64,000 nucleotides of DNA from an uncultured Candidatus Saccharibacteria bacterium. Its GTDB lineage: Bacteria > Patescibacteriota > Minisyncoccia > Minisyncoccales > GWA2-46-15. The position numbers and the translations under genes are program-made. The stretch lies in contig CAZKCH010000001.1 of the NCBI GenBank assembly GCA_964551525.1, positions 1,831 to 65,830 on the forward strand. Direction: 5' to 3'. Below are positions 10,016-20,064 of the stretch, one piece after another (positions within the stretch are counted from its first letter, which is position 1; the number at the start of each line of letters is the position of its first letter). The notes beneath the pieces were generated by a model, which worked only from the letters and a program-made list of their open reading frames with translations, made no database searches and was not told the origin of the DNA.

Positions 10016-10978
10016 ATGAAGAAGAAATTAATTATCGGGATCGCTGTTTTAGCCGTTATCGTAGCCGTTGTTTTACTAATCAAAGATAACCGCCTTCCTC
10101 TTGGTTGGCTTTCTATTAAATCAAGGGCGGAACGAGTCGGAGAAGAAGCGCTCAGTTTTATCAACGAAAATCTTCTTAGCCAGCAAGGCATCACTGCTTC
10201 TTTAAATAAGGCCTCTGACGACGGCAGTGTTTACAAGCTGGAAATAAAAATCGGCGATCGGGACACGATTGTTTACGTTTCCAAAGACGGCCGGTATCTT
10301 TTCCCAGAGGGCATTGAATTGAAACCAAGCCCGTCTCCGTCTGCCAGTCCCTCAGCGCCGCCCGTCAGCGCCAAACCAGAGATAAAACTTTTTGTGATGA
10401 GTTATTGTCCTTTTGGTTTGCAGGCGGAAAAGGCCTATTTGCCGGTTTACGAATTACTGAAGGATAAAGCGGACTTCGGCATTTATTTCGTTGATTACAT
10501 TATGCACGGCAAGCAAGAAATCGATGAAAATCTAAGGCAATACTGCATTCAGAAAGAACAAACAGCGAAATTCAGCGCCTATCTTGACTGCTTTACCAAA
10601 AGCGGGGAATCGGCCTCGTGTTTAACCCAAACGGGAGTCAATCAACAAACCATGGCCAATTGCGTGGCAGAAACCGATTCTGCTTTTAAAATCACCGAAC
10701 TCTATAACGATGAAACCACTTGGTTGAGCGGCACTTATCCGCAATTCAATGTCCAGAAAGAACTTAACGACCAATATAATGTTGGCGGTTCGCCAACCAT
10801 TGTTATTAATGGCCAAGAAATGTCTTTAGCCAAGCGCTCGCCGGAAGCGTTTAAAAATCTTGTTTGCCAGGCATTTGAAACAAGGCCAGCAGAATGCGAC
10901 CAGGAACTTTCCACGGCCGTTAGCGAATCGGGATTCGGCAGCGGCAGCGGCAATAGCTCGGGAGGGGAATGCCAATAG
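10016..10978 (+). CDS. membrane-anchored thioredoxin-fold (DsbA-like) protein with Ser/Pro linker
   Basis: N-terminal TM helix, a PSPSPSASPSAPP linker, and a thioredoxin-like segment with CPFG plus several more Cys residues. The redox motif is atypical. Confidence 0.35.
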   Translation: MKKKLIIGIAVLAVIVAVVLLIKDNRLPLGWLSIKSRAERVGEEALSFINENLLSQQGITASLNKASDDGSVYKLEIKIGDRDTIVYVSKDGRYLFPEGIELKPSPSPSASPSAPPVSAKPEIKLFVMSYCPFGLQAEKAYLPVYELLKDKADFGIYFVDYIMHGKQEIDENLRQYCIQKEQTAKFSAYLDCFTKSGESASCLTQTGVNQQTMANCVAETDSAFKITELYNDETTWLSGTYPQFNVQKELNDQYNVGGSPTIVINGQEMSLAKRSPEAFKNLVCQAFETRPAECDQELSTAVSESGFGSGSGNSSGGECQ

Positions 10979-11027
10979 ATCTAAATCCTAAATCCTAATT
11001 TCTAATTTCTAAACACGTTTAAATTTT

Positions 11028-11279
11028 ATGGAAGAAATAAAACCGAAAATCAGGGTTTTCAGTACGCCGACGTGCCCTTACTGCGTTACCTTAAAAGAAT
11101 TTCTCAAAGAGAAAGGTTTTGAGTTTGCCGACATTGATGTTTCCCAAGACCAAGGCGCGCTTGAGGAAATGGTAGGCAGAACAAAGCAAATGGGCGTACC
11201 GGTAATTGACATTAACGATGAGTTTATTATCGGATTTGATAAGGAAAAAATAAGTAAATTGCTCAACATTAATGACTAA
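11028..11279 (+). CDS. glutaredoxin-like protein (YruB/NrdH-like)
   Basis: CPYC active site (STPTCPYCVTLKEFL), 83 aa. Confidence 0.7.
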   Translation: MEEIKPKIRVFSTPTCPYCVTLKEFLKEKGFEFADIDVSQDQGALEEMVGRTKQMGVPVIDINDEFIIGFDKEKISKLLNIND

Positions 11280-12312
11280 AATTGCGGTCAACGGATTTGG
11301 CAGGATTGGCCGGTTGACATTGCGCCGAATTCTTGAAAATCACCCGGATTTGGAAGTAACAGCAGTTAATGATTTGATGGATGCGGAAACGGCAGCTTAT
11401 CTTTTAAAACACGATTCGGTTTATGGCCAGTTATCGCCATCAATAGCAATAAAAAACGGGGAAAAAGGCGCCAACGGCAAATTACTAATAGGCGATCGGG
11501 AAGTCCTATTTTTCAGTGAGCCGGATCCGCTCAATCTGCCCTGGGATAAACTCGGTGTCGAGCTTGTCATTGAAGCAAGCGGCCAATTCACCAGCCGTAG
11601 TAAAGCGATCAAACATTTGGAAGCGGGCGCTAAAAGAGTGATTATTTCCGCCAATAGCGACGACGCTGATTTAGCCATTATTTTCGGCGTTAACCACGAA
11701 GAATATTCTCCGAAAAAACATCAAATCATTGCTAATAACTCTTGCACTACTAATTGCGCTGTGCCGGTTTTCCTTGTTATTGATAAAAACTTCGGCGTGG
11801 AAAAGGCCCTGTTCACCACGGTTCATGCCGTTACCGCCAGCCAAAGTCTGATTGACCAACCCAAAAAAAACTTGAGAGAAAGCCGGGCGGCTTTTAGTAA
11901 TATTATTCCTTCTGATACGGGCGCGGATAAGGCCGTGGCCCAGGTTCTGCCTTGGTTAAGCGGGAAAATTTCCGGCACAGCTTTTCGGGTGCCGGTTTTG
12001 TCCGGATCAATCTTAGAAATCAATATCCAGACAAAAAAAGAAACTTCAGTTGAAGAAATAAATAAGGCCCTTGAAAAAGCCGCCACAGAAGAATTAAAAG
12101 GCGTCTTGGCTGTTTCCCGCGAACCATTGGTTTCCAGCGACATTGTCGGCTCAAGTTTTGCCGCCATCGTTGATTTAAATTTGACTAAGGTAATTAACTT
12201 GCCGAACGCCAAAGACCAAAATCTGATTAAAGTCGTGGCCTGGTACGACAACGAATACGGTTATTGCTGCCAGCTGGCAAAATTAGCGGAATATATTTCA
12301 AAACAAAATTAA
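11272..12312 (+). CDS. gap: glyceraldehyde-3-phosphate dehydrogenase
   Basis: NGFGRIGR NAD-binding motif and SCTTNC active-site motif. Confidence 0.9.
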   Translation: MTKIAVNGFGRIGRLTLRRILENHPDLEVTAVNDLMDAETAAYLLKHDSVYGQLSPSIAIKNGEKGANGKLLIGDREVLFFSEPDPLNLPWDKLGVELVIEASGQFTSRSKAIKHLEAGAKRVIISANSDDADLAIIFGVNHEEYSPKKHQIIANNSCTTNCAVPVFLVIDKNFGVEKALFTTVHAVTASQSLIDQPKKNLRESRAAFSNIIPSDTGADKAVAQVLPWLSGKISGTAFRVPVLSGSILEINIQTKKETSVEEINKALEKAATEELKGVLAVSREPLVSSDIVGSSFAAIVDLNLTKVINLPNAKDQNLIKVVAWYDNEYGYCCQLAKLAEYISKQN

Positions 12313-12332
12313 TTTTAAAACCAGGTGAAAAA

Positions 12333-12356
12333 GCGCCCGCTGGGCGTCTTTTTTGT
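12333..12356 (+). terminator. rho-independent terminator after gap
   Basis: GC-rich hairpin gcgccc-gct-gggcgt followed by a T-run. Confidence 0.5.
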
Positions 12357-12390
12357 TTTAAGCTATAATGAAATTACTAACAAAATTACT

Positions 12391-14292
12391 ATGGAAAAAA
12401 ACAAAGAGGTTTATCAAATCGCCAGCCAAGATCCGATCAAGTTTTGGGGCGAGATAGCCAAACAGGAAATCGTTTGGAAGAGGCCCTGGAAAAAGACATT
12501 TGTTCATAAACCGCCTTATTTCCAATGGTTTTGCCGCGGCGAACTCAACATCACGGAAAATTGCCTTGATTTGAATGCGAAAAGCAATCCGGACAAAATC
12601 GCTTTGATCTGGGAACCGGAACCAGTCGACGAAAAACCCAAAATCATAACCTATGGAGAACTGTTCTCCGCCACTTGCCGGTTTGCCAATGCCTTGAAAA
12701 AACTGGGCGTCAGAAAAGGGGATCGGGTGGCAATTTACTTGCCCATGATTTCCGAAGGAGTGATCTCTATGCTCGCTTGCGCTCGTATCGGCGCCGTCCA
12801 CTCAATTGTTTTTTCTGCTTTTTCCAGCGCCGCCCTTAATGCCCGGCTTCAAGATGCCGGCGCTAAGATTTTAATTACTGCTGACGGTTATTTCCGGCGC
12901 GGCCAGATCATTAATCTCAAGGCGAGTGCCGATGCCGCCCTGGAAAACGTGAGAGTTAAGAAAATCATTGTCGTTAAAAGAGCGGGTAATCAAATTGCCT
13001 GGAATCCAAAAACTGATCTTTGGTATCACGATTTAATTAAAAACGAAAAGGACACTTGTCCTGCCGCGGCGATGGACAGCGAAGATCCGATGTTCATTCT
13101 TTACACTTCAGGCAGCACGGGCAAGCCCAAGGGCTGTTTGCACGCCTGCGGCGGCTATGCCGTCCAGACCAAAATCACGGGCAAATGGATTTTTGATTTC
13201 AAAAACAATGATGTTTTCTGGTGTACCGCTGATATCGGCTGGATTACCGGCCATACTTATGCTGTTTATTCGCCCTTGCTCAATGGCATCACTACGGTTA
13301 TGTTCGAAGGCGCGCCTGATTGGCCAAATCCTGACCGCTGGGCAAAAACCGTTGAAAAACACAAAATCACGATTTTCTATACAGCGCCGACGGCAATCAG
13401 GATGTTTCAAAAATACGGCATTGAACAAATTAAAAAAGAGGATTTAACCACTTTGCGGTTGTTGGGATCAGTAGGCGAGCCGATCGATGAAGCGGCTTGG
13501 CAATGGTATTTTGAAAATGTCGGTCAAAACAGATGCGAAATTGTTGATACCTGGTGGCAAACAGAAACCGGCGGCATTTTAATATCTTCTTTGCCGGGAA
13601 TCGGACCAATCAAGCCCTGTTTTACCGGCCTGCCTTTTCCGGGAATAAAAGCAGAAATCTTTGATGATAAGGGCGAAATTTGCGCCCCTGATAAAACCGG
13701 CAACCTTGTCATTTTGCCGCCGTTCTCGCCGGGTATGTTCCGAGGAATATATAAAAACCCGAAAAAGTATCTGGAAACCTATTGGTCGCAATACGGTAAA
13801 AAAACATATTTCACCTCTGACGCCGCCCTCAAAAACGAAAATGGCTTGATTAGGATTTTGGGCCGAGTTGATGATGTTTTAAAAGTGGCCGGTCACCGCA
13901 TTGCCACGGGCGAACTGGAAAACGCTGTGAATAAACACGCTTTTATCGGCGAATGCGCCGTCGTGGGCATACCCGATGCCATCAAGGGAGAAGCGATCGT
14001 TATTTTTGCAGTCAGAGAACATAGCCCGTTTTTTGACGCCGCCGACGCTAAAGATAAACCAAACCCAAATAAGGACGAATTAAAACAAGCAGTGGTCGAC
14101 CAGATTAAAAAAGAAATCGGCCCAATCGCCCTGCCCAAACAAATTTATATTGTTGAAGATCTGCCCAAAACCAGATCGGGCAAAATTATGCGCCGGGTCT
14201 TGAAAAAACTGCTTGCCAATGAAGATCCGGGCGACCTTTCCACTTTAGCCAACCCCGAAATCGTCTCCAAAATTAAATCCCAAATAGAATAA
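12391..14292 (+). CDS. acs: acetyl-CoA synthetase (acetate--CoA ligase)
   Basis: YTSGSTGKPKG AMP-binding motif, Acs-like N-terminus (WKRPW) and a conserved C-terminus. The track ORF starts at 12325 but overlaps a terminator hairpin. The ATG at 12391 is the likely start. Confidence 0.85.
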   Translation: MEKNKEVYQIASQDPIKFWGEIAKQEIVWKRPWKKTFVHKPPYFQWFCRGELNITENCLDLNAKSNPDKIALIWEPEPVDEKPKIITYGELFSATCRFANALKKLGVRKGDRVAIYLPMISEGVISMLACARIGAVHSIVFSAFSSAALNARLQDAGAKILITADGYFRRGQIINLKASADAALENVRVKKIIVVKRAGNQIAWNPKTDLWYHDLIKNEKDTCPAAAMDSEDPMFILYTSGSTGKPKGCLHACGGYAVQTKITGKWIFDFKNNDVFWCTADIGWITGHTYAVYSPLLNGITTVMFEGAPDWPNPDRWAKTVEKHKITIFYTAPTAIRMFQKYGIEQIKKEDLTTLRLLGSVGEPIDEAAWQWYFENVGQNRCEIVDTWWQTETGGILISSLPGIGPIKPCFTGLPFPGIKAEIFDDKGEICAPDKTGNLVILPPFSPGMFRGIYKNPKKYLETYWSQYGKKTYFTSDAALKNENGLIRILGRVDDVLKVAGHRIATGELENAVNKHAFIGECAVVGIPDAIKGEAIVIFAVREHSPFFDAADAKDKPNPNKDELKQAVVDQIKKEIGPIALPKQIYIVEDLPKTRSGKIMRRVLKKLLANEDPGDLSTLANPEIVSKIKSQIE

Positions 14293-14296
14293 ATCC

Positions 14297-14899
14297 ATGT
14301 CTAAAAAACAAAACATCAAAAATCTGGCGTCTTTCTTCTTTGAGATCGGGAACATGAGGAAAATTCCCCGAGCCCACCAACAGACTCTTTTAACTCAGGA
14401 CTTGAGCGATAATATCGCCAGCCATTCTTTTCGCACAACTATTATTGGCTATTTTTTAGCTAAAGAGTTAAAGGCTGATGCCGACAAAGTAATAAAAATG
14501 TGCCTTTTACACGACACAGAAGAAACTCGTTGCGGTGATCAAAACTGGGTACACAAAAAATACATTAAGGTTTTCGAGAATGAAATCAGACAAGAACAAC
14601 TCGGTTCGTTGCCAAACAATAAGGAATTATTGGAATTATCCAAAGAATATGACGAAAGAAAAACCTTGGAGGCAAAAATCGCTAAAGATGCCGATCTATT
14701 AGATCAAATACTAATCTTAAAAGAATATTGCCAACAAGGAAACCAAGAAGCAGGACATTGGCTGAAAATAGAAGAAAAGACAGAATGCCAGCAGGAAAAA
14801 CTACTTTTTAACCAGTTATCAAAACAAATCTCTAAGGAAATTAAGAAGCAGGAACCAAGCGACTGGTGGGCCAACGCCTGGACACCCAAACGCCGTTAA
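14297..14899 (+). CDS. HD-domain hydrolase (YfbR-like 5'-deoxynucleotidase family)
   Basis: H...HD metal-binding pattern (ASHSFR, LLHDTEE). Confidence 0.55.
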   Translation: MSKKQNIKNLASFFFEIGNMRKIPRAHQQTLLTQDLSDNIASHSFRTTIIGYFLAKELKADADKVIKMCLLHDTEETRCGDQNWVHKKYIKVFENEIRQEQLGSLPNNKELLELSKEYDERKTLEAKIAKDADLLDQILILKEYCQQGNQEAGHWLKIEEKTECQQEKLLFNQLSKQISKEIKKQEPSDWWANAWTPKRR

Positions 14900-14900
14900 A

Positions 14901-14930
14901 AATAAGCTCGCAGAGACCCGTTCTCTGCAA
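14901..14930 (+). repeat. REP element (hairpin cagaga-cccgt-tctctg) with conserved aagctcg prefix
   Basis: The same about 25 nt unit recurs at 15671-15692 and 59252-59312. It sits immediately after a stop codon. Confidence 0.7.
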
Positions 14931-14938
14931 ATCTATAT

Positions 14939-15664
14939 ATGCCGTATAGAAAAGAAGTATTCGCTAACGAGGAAATTTATCATATCGCCATAAGAAGCAT
15001 TGACGACAATTTACTATTCAAAAATATTGATGATTATTATCGAGGAATTTTTTCTATATACGAGTTCAACACAGATAAATCAGTGGTCATTCGCGAACGT
15101 CGTCATGCACGATTACGAATAAAAGAAATGCTGAAACAAATACCTAAAAACAGCATTTCCGTAATTGATCCTCGAAACAAATTAGTAGGAATCATGGCTT
15201 TCTGTTTTATGCCAAATCATGTCCATTTATTGTTAAGACAAATCAAAGACAACGGTATCACAAAATTCATGAGAAAGCTTGGCGCCGGTTATGGCGGATA
15301 TTTCAACAAAAAATATAGCCGCAAAGGGCATGTTTTCCAAAACAGATTTAATGCAGTCCACGTCAAAACAGATAATCAATTAAGAGCCGTATTAATTTAC
15401 ATTCACACTAATCCTATATCTTTAATAGAACCTGGATGGAAAATGGGAAAAACCAAAAACCTAAAAGAAACAACTAAGTTTTTAAATAATTATAAATGGG
15501 TAAGTCATCGCGACTATCTCGGCATAAGTAATTTTCCGTCAGTCACTGAAAGAGAATTTCTCTTAGAAACAATGGGTGGGATAAATGGTTACCAAAACGC
15601 CATCAAAGATTGGATAAAACACAAAAAAGAAATCAAGGGTTTTAATAACCTCGCCATAGAGTAA
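14939..15664 (+). CDS. REP-associated tyrosine transposase (RAYT; IS200/IS605 TnpA-like HUH Y1 transposase)
   Basis: HUH motif (MPNHVHLLL) and the catalytic Tyr motif YIHTNP typical of RAYTs. Flanked on both sides by REP hairpins. Confidence 0.75.
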   Translation: MPYRKEVFANEEIYHIAIRSIDDNLLFKNIDDYYRGIFSIYEFNTDKSVVIRERRHARLRIKEMLKQIPKNSISVIDPRNKLVGIMAFCFMPNHVHLLLRQIKDNGITKFMRKLGAGYGGYFNKKYSRKGHVFQNRFNAVHVKTDNQLRAVLIYIHTNPISLIEPGWKMGKTKNLKETTKFLNNYKWVSHRDYLGISNFPSVTEREFLLETMGGINGYQNAIKDWIKHKKEIKGFNNLAIE

Positions 15665-15670
15665 AAATAA

Positions 15671-15725
15671 GCTCGCAGAGACCCGTTCTCTGTAAAATCT
15701 ACAAAGAACGGGTCTCTGTTTTTCT
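15671..15725 (+). repeat. REP pair in inverted orientation (BIME-like), also terminator-like
   Basis: cagagacccgttc ... gaacgggtctctg is a perfect 13-bp inverted repeat around a 17-nt loop, followed by ttttt. Confidence 0.7.
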
Positions 15726-15788
15726 CTACTTACTCTTTTTGTTTTGGCTGAATTTAAGCTATAATAAGGTTGGATAACCTTCATCAAA

Positions 15789-18131
15789 ATGGCAAAAACT
15801 ATTCTTTGGTTTAGGGAAATTGGCATTAAGGACGTGCCCTTGGTGGGCGGGAAAAACGCTTCTCTGGGAGAAATGTTTTCCAAACTGACCAAAAAAGGGA
15901 TTAACATCCCGGATGGTTTCGCTTTGACCACTGATTTTTACTGGACCTTTATCAAAGAAAACAAATTAGATAAAAAACTGAAGGAGATTTTTGCTGTTTT
16001 TAATCCCAAAAGCATTGTCAGCTTGCAAAAAACCGGCAAAGCGGCAAGATCTTTATTTTTAAAAGCCGTTATTCCTGACGCTGCCAAAAAAGAAATTCTC
16101 AGGGCCTATCAATTACTCTGCCAAAAATATGGGCAAAACTGCGACGTGGCCGTGCGCACCTCCGGCGTGGCCGAAGACAGCCCCACCACTTCTTTTGCCG
16201 GCCAATTTGAAACATTCTTAAATATCAGTGGCAAAGAAAAACTCTTAGGGGCAATCAAACAAAGTTTAATTTCTACTTTTACCGACCGCGCCATTGCTTA
16301 TCGGGACCAAAACAAAATTCCGCAATTAAAATTCGCTCTTTCTGTCGGCGTCCAAAAGATGATCCGATCGGATTTGGCCAGCTCGGGTATTATCTTCACT
16401 ATCGACACCGAAACCGGATTTTCCAACGCCGTGATCATTAACGGCATCTGGGGCGTGGGCGAAATGATCGTCAAGGGTAGGATTACGCCTGATGAATTTC
16501 AGGTTTTCAAGCCGACCCAAGCCATTGTTGTCAAAAATCTGGGAAGTAAAACAAAAAAACTCATTTTTAACCAAGCAGGCGGATTAAAGGAAGTGAGCGT
16601 GCCTAAAGCGGAACAGGAAAAATTTTGCCTGAACGACGAAGAAGTTTTAACCTTAGCGAAATGGGCAATGGCAATTGAAAAACACTATGGCCTGGCTCAG
16701 GATATTGAATGGGCTAAAGACGGCAAAACCAAAAAATTATTCATTGTCCAATCAAGACCGGAAACAGTCCATCGCCAAGCCAATAAACTTATCGTTCAGG
16801 AATACGAGATAAGAGCAAAGAAACCGGCTCTTTTCCAGGGCATTGCCGTCGGCAATAGCATCAATCACGGCAAAACAAAAATCATTGAAAACGCTTCAAA
16901 AATCAGTCGATTTAAACGGGGCGAGGTTTTGGTCACTAAAATGACTGATCCGGACTGGCTGCCGGCCATGAGACAGGCCTCTGCCATTGTCACTGATGAG
17001 GGCTCAAGAACCTGTCACGCCGCCATTATTTCCAGAGAATTAGGCATACCGGCAGTGGTGGGAACAAAAGTAGCGACAAAGATGTTAAAAACCGGCCAGG
17101 AGATAACCATTGATTGTTCAACCAGCCGCGGCCAAGTTTTTTCCGGCAACATCCCATTCGAGACCAGAACCTACAACCTCAAACAGCTGCCTAAAACCAG
17201 AACCAAGATTATGGTTAACATTGGCGCGCCGGAAATCGCCTACAAAACTTCGTTCCTGCCCGCGGCCGGAGTGGGATTGGCAAGAATGGAATTTATTTTG
17301 GCAGAGAAAATCAAAATACATCCATTGGCCTTGTATCATTTTAACGAATTAAAAATTAAAAATTTAAAATTAAAAATTGAGGGATTAACCATCGGTTACA
17401 AGGACAAGAAACAATATTTTATAGATGAATTAGCAGAAGGGATTTCGCAGATTGCCGCTGCTTTTTGGCCCCGGCCGGTGATTTTGCGGCTTTCCGATTT
17501 GAAATCAAATGAGTATCGCGCCTTAATCGGCGGCGAACTGTTTGAACCACAGGAGGAAAATCCGATGATGGGCTTGAGGGGCGCTTCAAGGTATTACCAT
17601 GAAAAATTCCAACCGGCTTTTGTTATGGAATGCCAAGCAATCAAAAAAGTCAGAGACGAATTCGGATTAAGAAATATCTGGCTGATGGTGCCTTTTTGTC
17701 GAACAGTAGAAGAAGGACAAAAGGTCTTGGGCCTGCTTAAAGAAAATGGCTTGGAGAATGACCGAGAGTTAAAAGTCATCGTCATGGCGGAGATTCCTTC
17801 TAACATAATCTTGGCGAGTGAGTTTTTGAAAATCTTTGACGGCATGTCCATCGGCTCGAATGACCTCACTCAATTAGTCCTGGGATTAGACCGGGATTCA
17901 AGCGCTATGGCTGAAGTTGACAACGAGAAAAACAAAGCGGTTCAAACCATGATCGCCAAAGTGATAAATGAATGCAAAAAACAAAAGAAATACATTGGCA
18001 TTTGCGGCCAGGCGCCGAGCGACTTTCCCGACTTCACTGAATTTTTGGTCAAAGAGGGGATTGAGTCAATTTCCGTCAATCCGGATGCTTTAATAAAAAC
18101 AATTTTAACTGTTAAAAAAGCGGAAAAATAA
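15789..18131 (+). CDS. ppsA: phosphoenolpyruvate synthase (pyruvate, water dikinase)
   Basis: PEP-utilising phospho-His motif GSRTCHAAIISRELGIPAVVG, ATP-grasp N-terminus and a PEP-utilising C-terminal TIM domain. Confidence 0.9.
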   Translation: MAKTILWFREIGIKDVPLVGGKNASLGEMFSKLTKKGINIPDGFALTTDFYWTFIKENKLDKKLKEIFAVFNPKSIVSLQKTGKAARSLFLKAVIPDAAKKEILRAYQLLCQKYGQNCDVAVRTSGVAEDSPTTSFAGQFETFLNISGKEKLLGAIKQSLISTFTDRAIAYRDQNKIPQLKFALSVGVQKMIRSDLASSGIIFTIDTETGFSNAVIINGIWGVGEMIVKGRITPDEFQVFKPTQAIVVKNLGSKTKKLIFNQAGGLKEVSVPKAEQEKFCLNDEEVLTLAKWAMAIEKHYGLAQDIEWAKDGKTKKLFIVQSRPETVHRQANKLIVQEYEIRAKKPALFQGIAVGNSINHGKTKIIENASKISRFKRGEVLVTKMTDPDWLPAMRQASAIVTDEGSRTCHAAIISRELGIPAVVGTKVATKMLKTGQEITIDCSTSRGQVFSGNIPFETRTYNLKQLPKTRTKIMVNIGAPEIAYKTSFLPAAGVGLARMEFILAEKIKIHPLALYHFNELKIKNLKLKIEGLTIGYKDKKQYFIDELAEGISQIAAAFWPRPVILRLSDLKSNEYRALIGGELFEPQEENPMMGLRGASRYYHEKFQPAFVMECQAIKKVRDEFGLRNIWLMVPFCRTVEEGQKVLGLLKENGLENDRELKVIVMAEIPSNIILASEFLKIFDGMSIGSNDLTQLVLGLDRDSSAMAEVDNEKNKAVQTMIAKVINECKKQKKYIGICGQAPSDFPDFTEFLVKEGIESISVNPDALIKTILTVKKAEK

Positions 18132-18132
18132 C

Positions 18133-19107
18133 ATGCTGAACATCATTACTATCGGCTCAGCCACTAAAGATATTTTCCTTGACGCCTCGAAATCGAAAAA
18201 AGGGCAAGGTTTTTACTTCCCTCTGGGGGGGAAGATCGAATTAGAAAACATTAAAACCTTTATTGGCGGCGGGGGAGTCAACACGGCAATAACTTTTAGC
18301 CAACAAGGCCTTAAAACCGGCTTTTGCGGCGTGGTGGGCCAGGACTTAGCCGGCCAGACCATCTTAGACGAACTCAATGAAGCCGGGATCGAAACCACTC
18401 TGGCCAAAGTGAAAAACAATCGGCAAACCGATCTGGGCATAATTTTTCATGCCAAGTCAGAAAGAACAATCTTGCTTCATCACGATGCTTCCCGAAGCTT
18501 TAATGAAAACGACGTTGACTGGCCGACGCTAAAAGATACTTCATGGCTTTATCTCGCGCCTCTTTGGAGCAAAACAACTGGTTTAACCTTAAAAATAATT
18601 GATTTTGCGGAAAAGAATAAAATTAAAATCGCCATTAACCCGAGCCAAGAACAACTGGCTTTGTCTGCTTTTAAAAAAACGATTGGAAAAATTGATGTTT
18701 TACTTTTAAATAACGATGAGGCAAGTTTTTTAACCGGCATTAAACCCTATAATGAAAAAGCTATTTTCTCCTCAATTTATTCTTGTGCTAGGCTTAGCCT
18801 AACACAAGATAAACGATTGATAACGGTGATAACTAAGGGCAAAGAAGGGGCGATTTGCTTCGATGGTAAATATCTTTACAAGATTTCCGCTCCGCCGGTC
18901 AAAGTGGTGGACGCTACGGGCGCGGGTGATTCGTTCGGCTCCGGTTTTGTCGCCGGACTGATGCAAAAGAAAAATATCGAATCGTCATTGCAATTAGCCA
19001 TGGCCAATGCCATTTCTAATATTCAAGTTTTCGGGGCAAATAAAGGATTATTATCTAAAAACAGCAAACTGCCGGAAATAAAAATCATTAAAATCAAAAA
19101 TGATTAA
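18133..19107 (+). CDS. PfkB-family carbohydrate/nucleoside kinase
   Basis: DATGAGDSFGSGFVAGL ribokinase-family signature 2 and an N-terminal GG motif. Confidence 0.65.
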   Translation: MLNIITIGSATKDIFLDASKSKKGQGFYFPLGGKIELENIKTFIGGGGVNTAITFSQQGLKTGFCGVVGQDLAGQTILDELNEAGIETTLAKVKNNRQTDLGIIFHAKSERTILLHHDASRSFNENDVDWPTLKDTSWLYLAPLWSKTTGLTLKIIDFAEKNKIKIAINPSQEQLALSAFKKTIGKIDVLLLNNDEASFLTGIKPYNEKAIFSSIYSCARLSLTQDKRLITVITKGKEGAICFDGKYLYKISAPPVKVVDATGAGDSFGSGFVAGLMQKKNIESSLQLAMANAISNIQVFGANKGLLSKNSKLPEIKIIKIKND

Positions 19108-19846
19108 TCTGGACAAACTCACCACTAACGGCAAGGCCTTGTTTCTTGCTTACGATCAGGGCCTGGAACTAGGGCCTGATGATTTAGGCGATCAAGCCGT
19201 TAATCCGGAGTTTGTCTTGCAAATCGCCATTAAAGGCGGTTATAATGCCATTGTTCTCCAAAAAGGTCTGGCGGAAAAATATCAAGAACTGCAAGTAAAA
19301 ATACCATTAATCCTGAAACTCAATGGCAAAACCGAACTGAGCGGGGGAGACCCAATTTCCCGGCAAATTTGCTCAGTGGAAGAGGCCATTGCCTTGGGCG
19401 CCGAAGCAGTCGGCTATACCATTTATCCGGGAAGCGAGCACGAATCAATCATGATGGCTGAGTTCGGCCGCATCGCCGAACAAGCCCATCAAAAAAATCT
19501 GCCCGTTATTGCTTGGGTTTACCCACGAGGGAAAAGCATTCAAGACGAAACCGCGCCGGAAAATATCATTTATGCCGCCCGCGTCGGCTTAGAGATCGGC
19601 GCTGATATTGTTAAAATAAAATATTGCGGATCAGAGGAATGTTTCCGCGAAGCGGTCAAAGCCGCCGGCAAAGCCAAAGTCATGCTGGCGGGCGGGCCGG
19701 AAATAAGTGAAACCGATTTTTTAAGCAAGGTTGAGGCGGCAATGACGGCTGGCGCCATGGGCACCGTCGTAGGCAGAAACGTTTGGCTCAATGAAAATCC
19801 GCTGGCAATAACCGAGAAAATAAAAAAGATTATATTTAAAACATGA
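19100..19846 (+). CDS. class I aldolase, DhnA/FbaB-type (fructose-bisphosphate aldolase or ADH synthase-like)
   Basis: About 250 aa TIM-barrel aldolase blocks (VKIKY Lys region). Overlaps the PfkB kinase gene, as in archaeal-type glycolytic pairs. Ends with TGA. Confidence 0.55.
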   Translation: MINLDKLTTNGKALFLAYDQGLELGPDDLGDQAVNPEFVLQIAIKGGYNAIVLQKGLAEKYQELQVKIPLILKLNGKTELSGGDPISRQICSVEEAIALGAEAVGYTIYPGSEHESIMMAEFGRIAEQAHQKNLPVIAWVYPRGKSIQDETAPENIIYAARVGLEIGADIVKIKYCGSEECFREAVKAAGKAKVMLAGGPEISETDFLSKVEAAMTAGAMGTVVGRNVWLNENPLAITEKIKKIIFKT

Positions 19847-20028
19847 AGATAATTTTAGATAAAAACGTGTGCATCGGCTGCGGCGCTTGCGCTGCCATTT
19901 GCCCTCGCTATTTCGAAATGGGCAAAGACGGCAAATCAAGTGTTAAAAAATTGACATTTAAAGAAATTGACTGTATTAAAGAAGCAGCCGACAGTTGCCC
20001 CGTAAAGGCAATTTCTATCAATAAATAA
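19843..20028 (+). CDS. 4Fe-4S ferredoxin
   Basis: CIGCGACAAICP plus a second Cys cluster (CPVKA), 61 aa. Confidence 0.7.
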   Translation: MKIILDKNVCIGCGACAAICPRYFEMGKDGKSSVKKLTFKEIDCIKEAADSCPVKAISINK

Positions 20029-20064
20029 ATTTTACTTTTTCATTTTTAATTTTTAAATCGAAAC

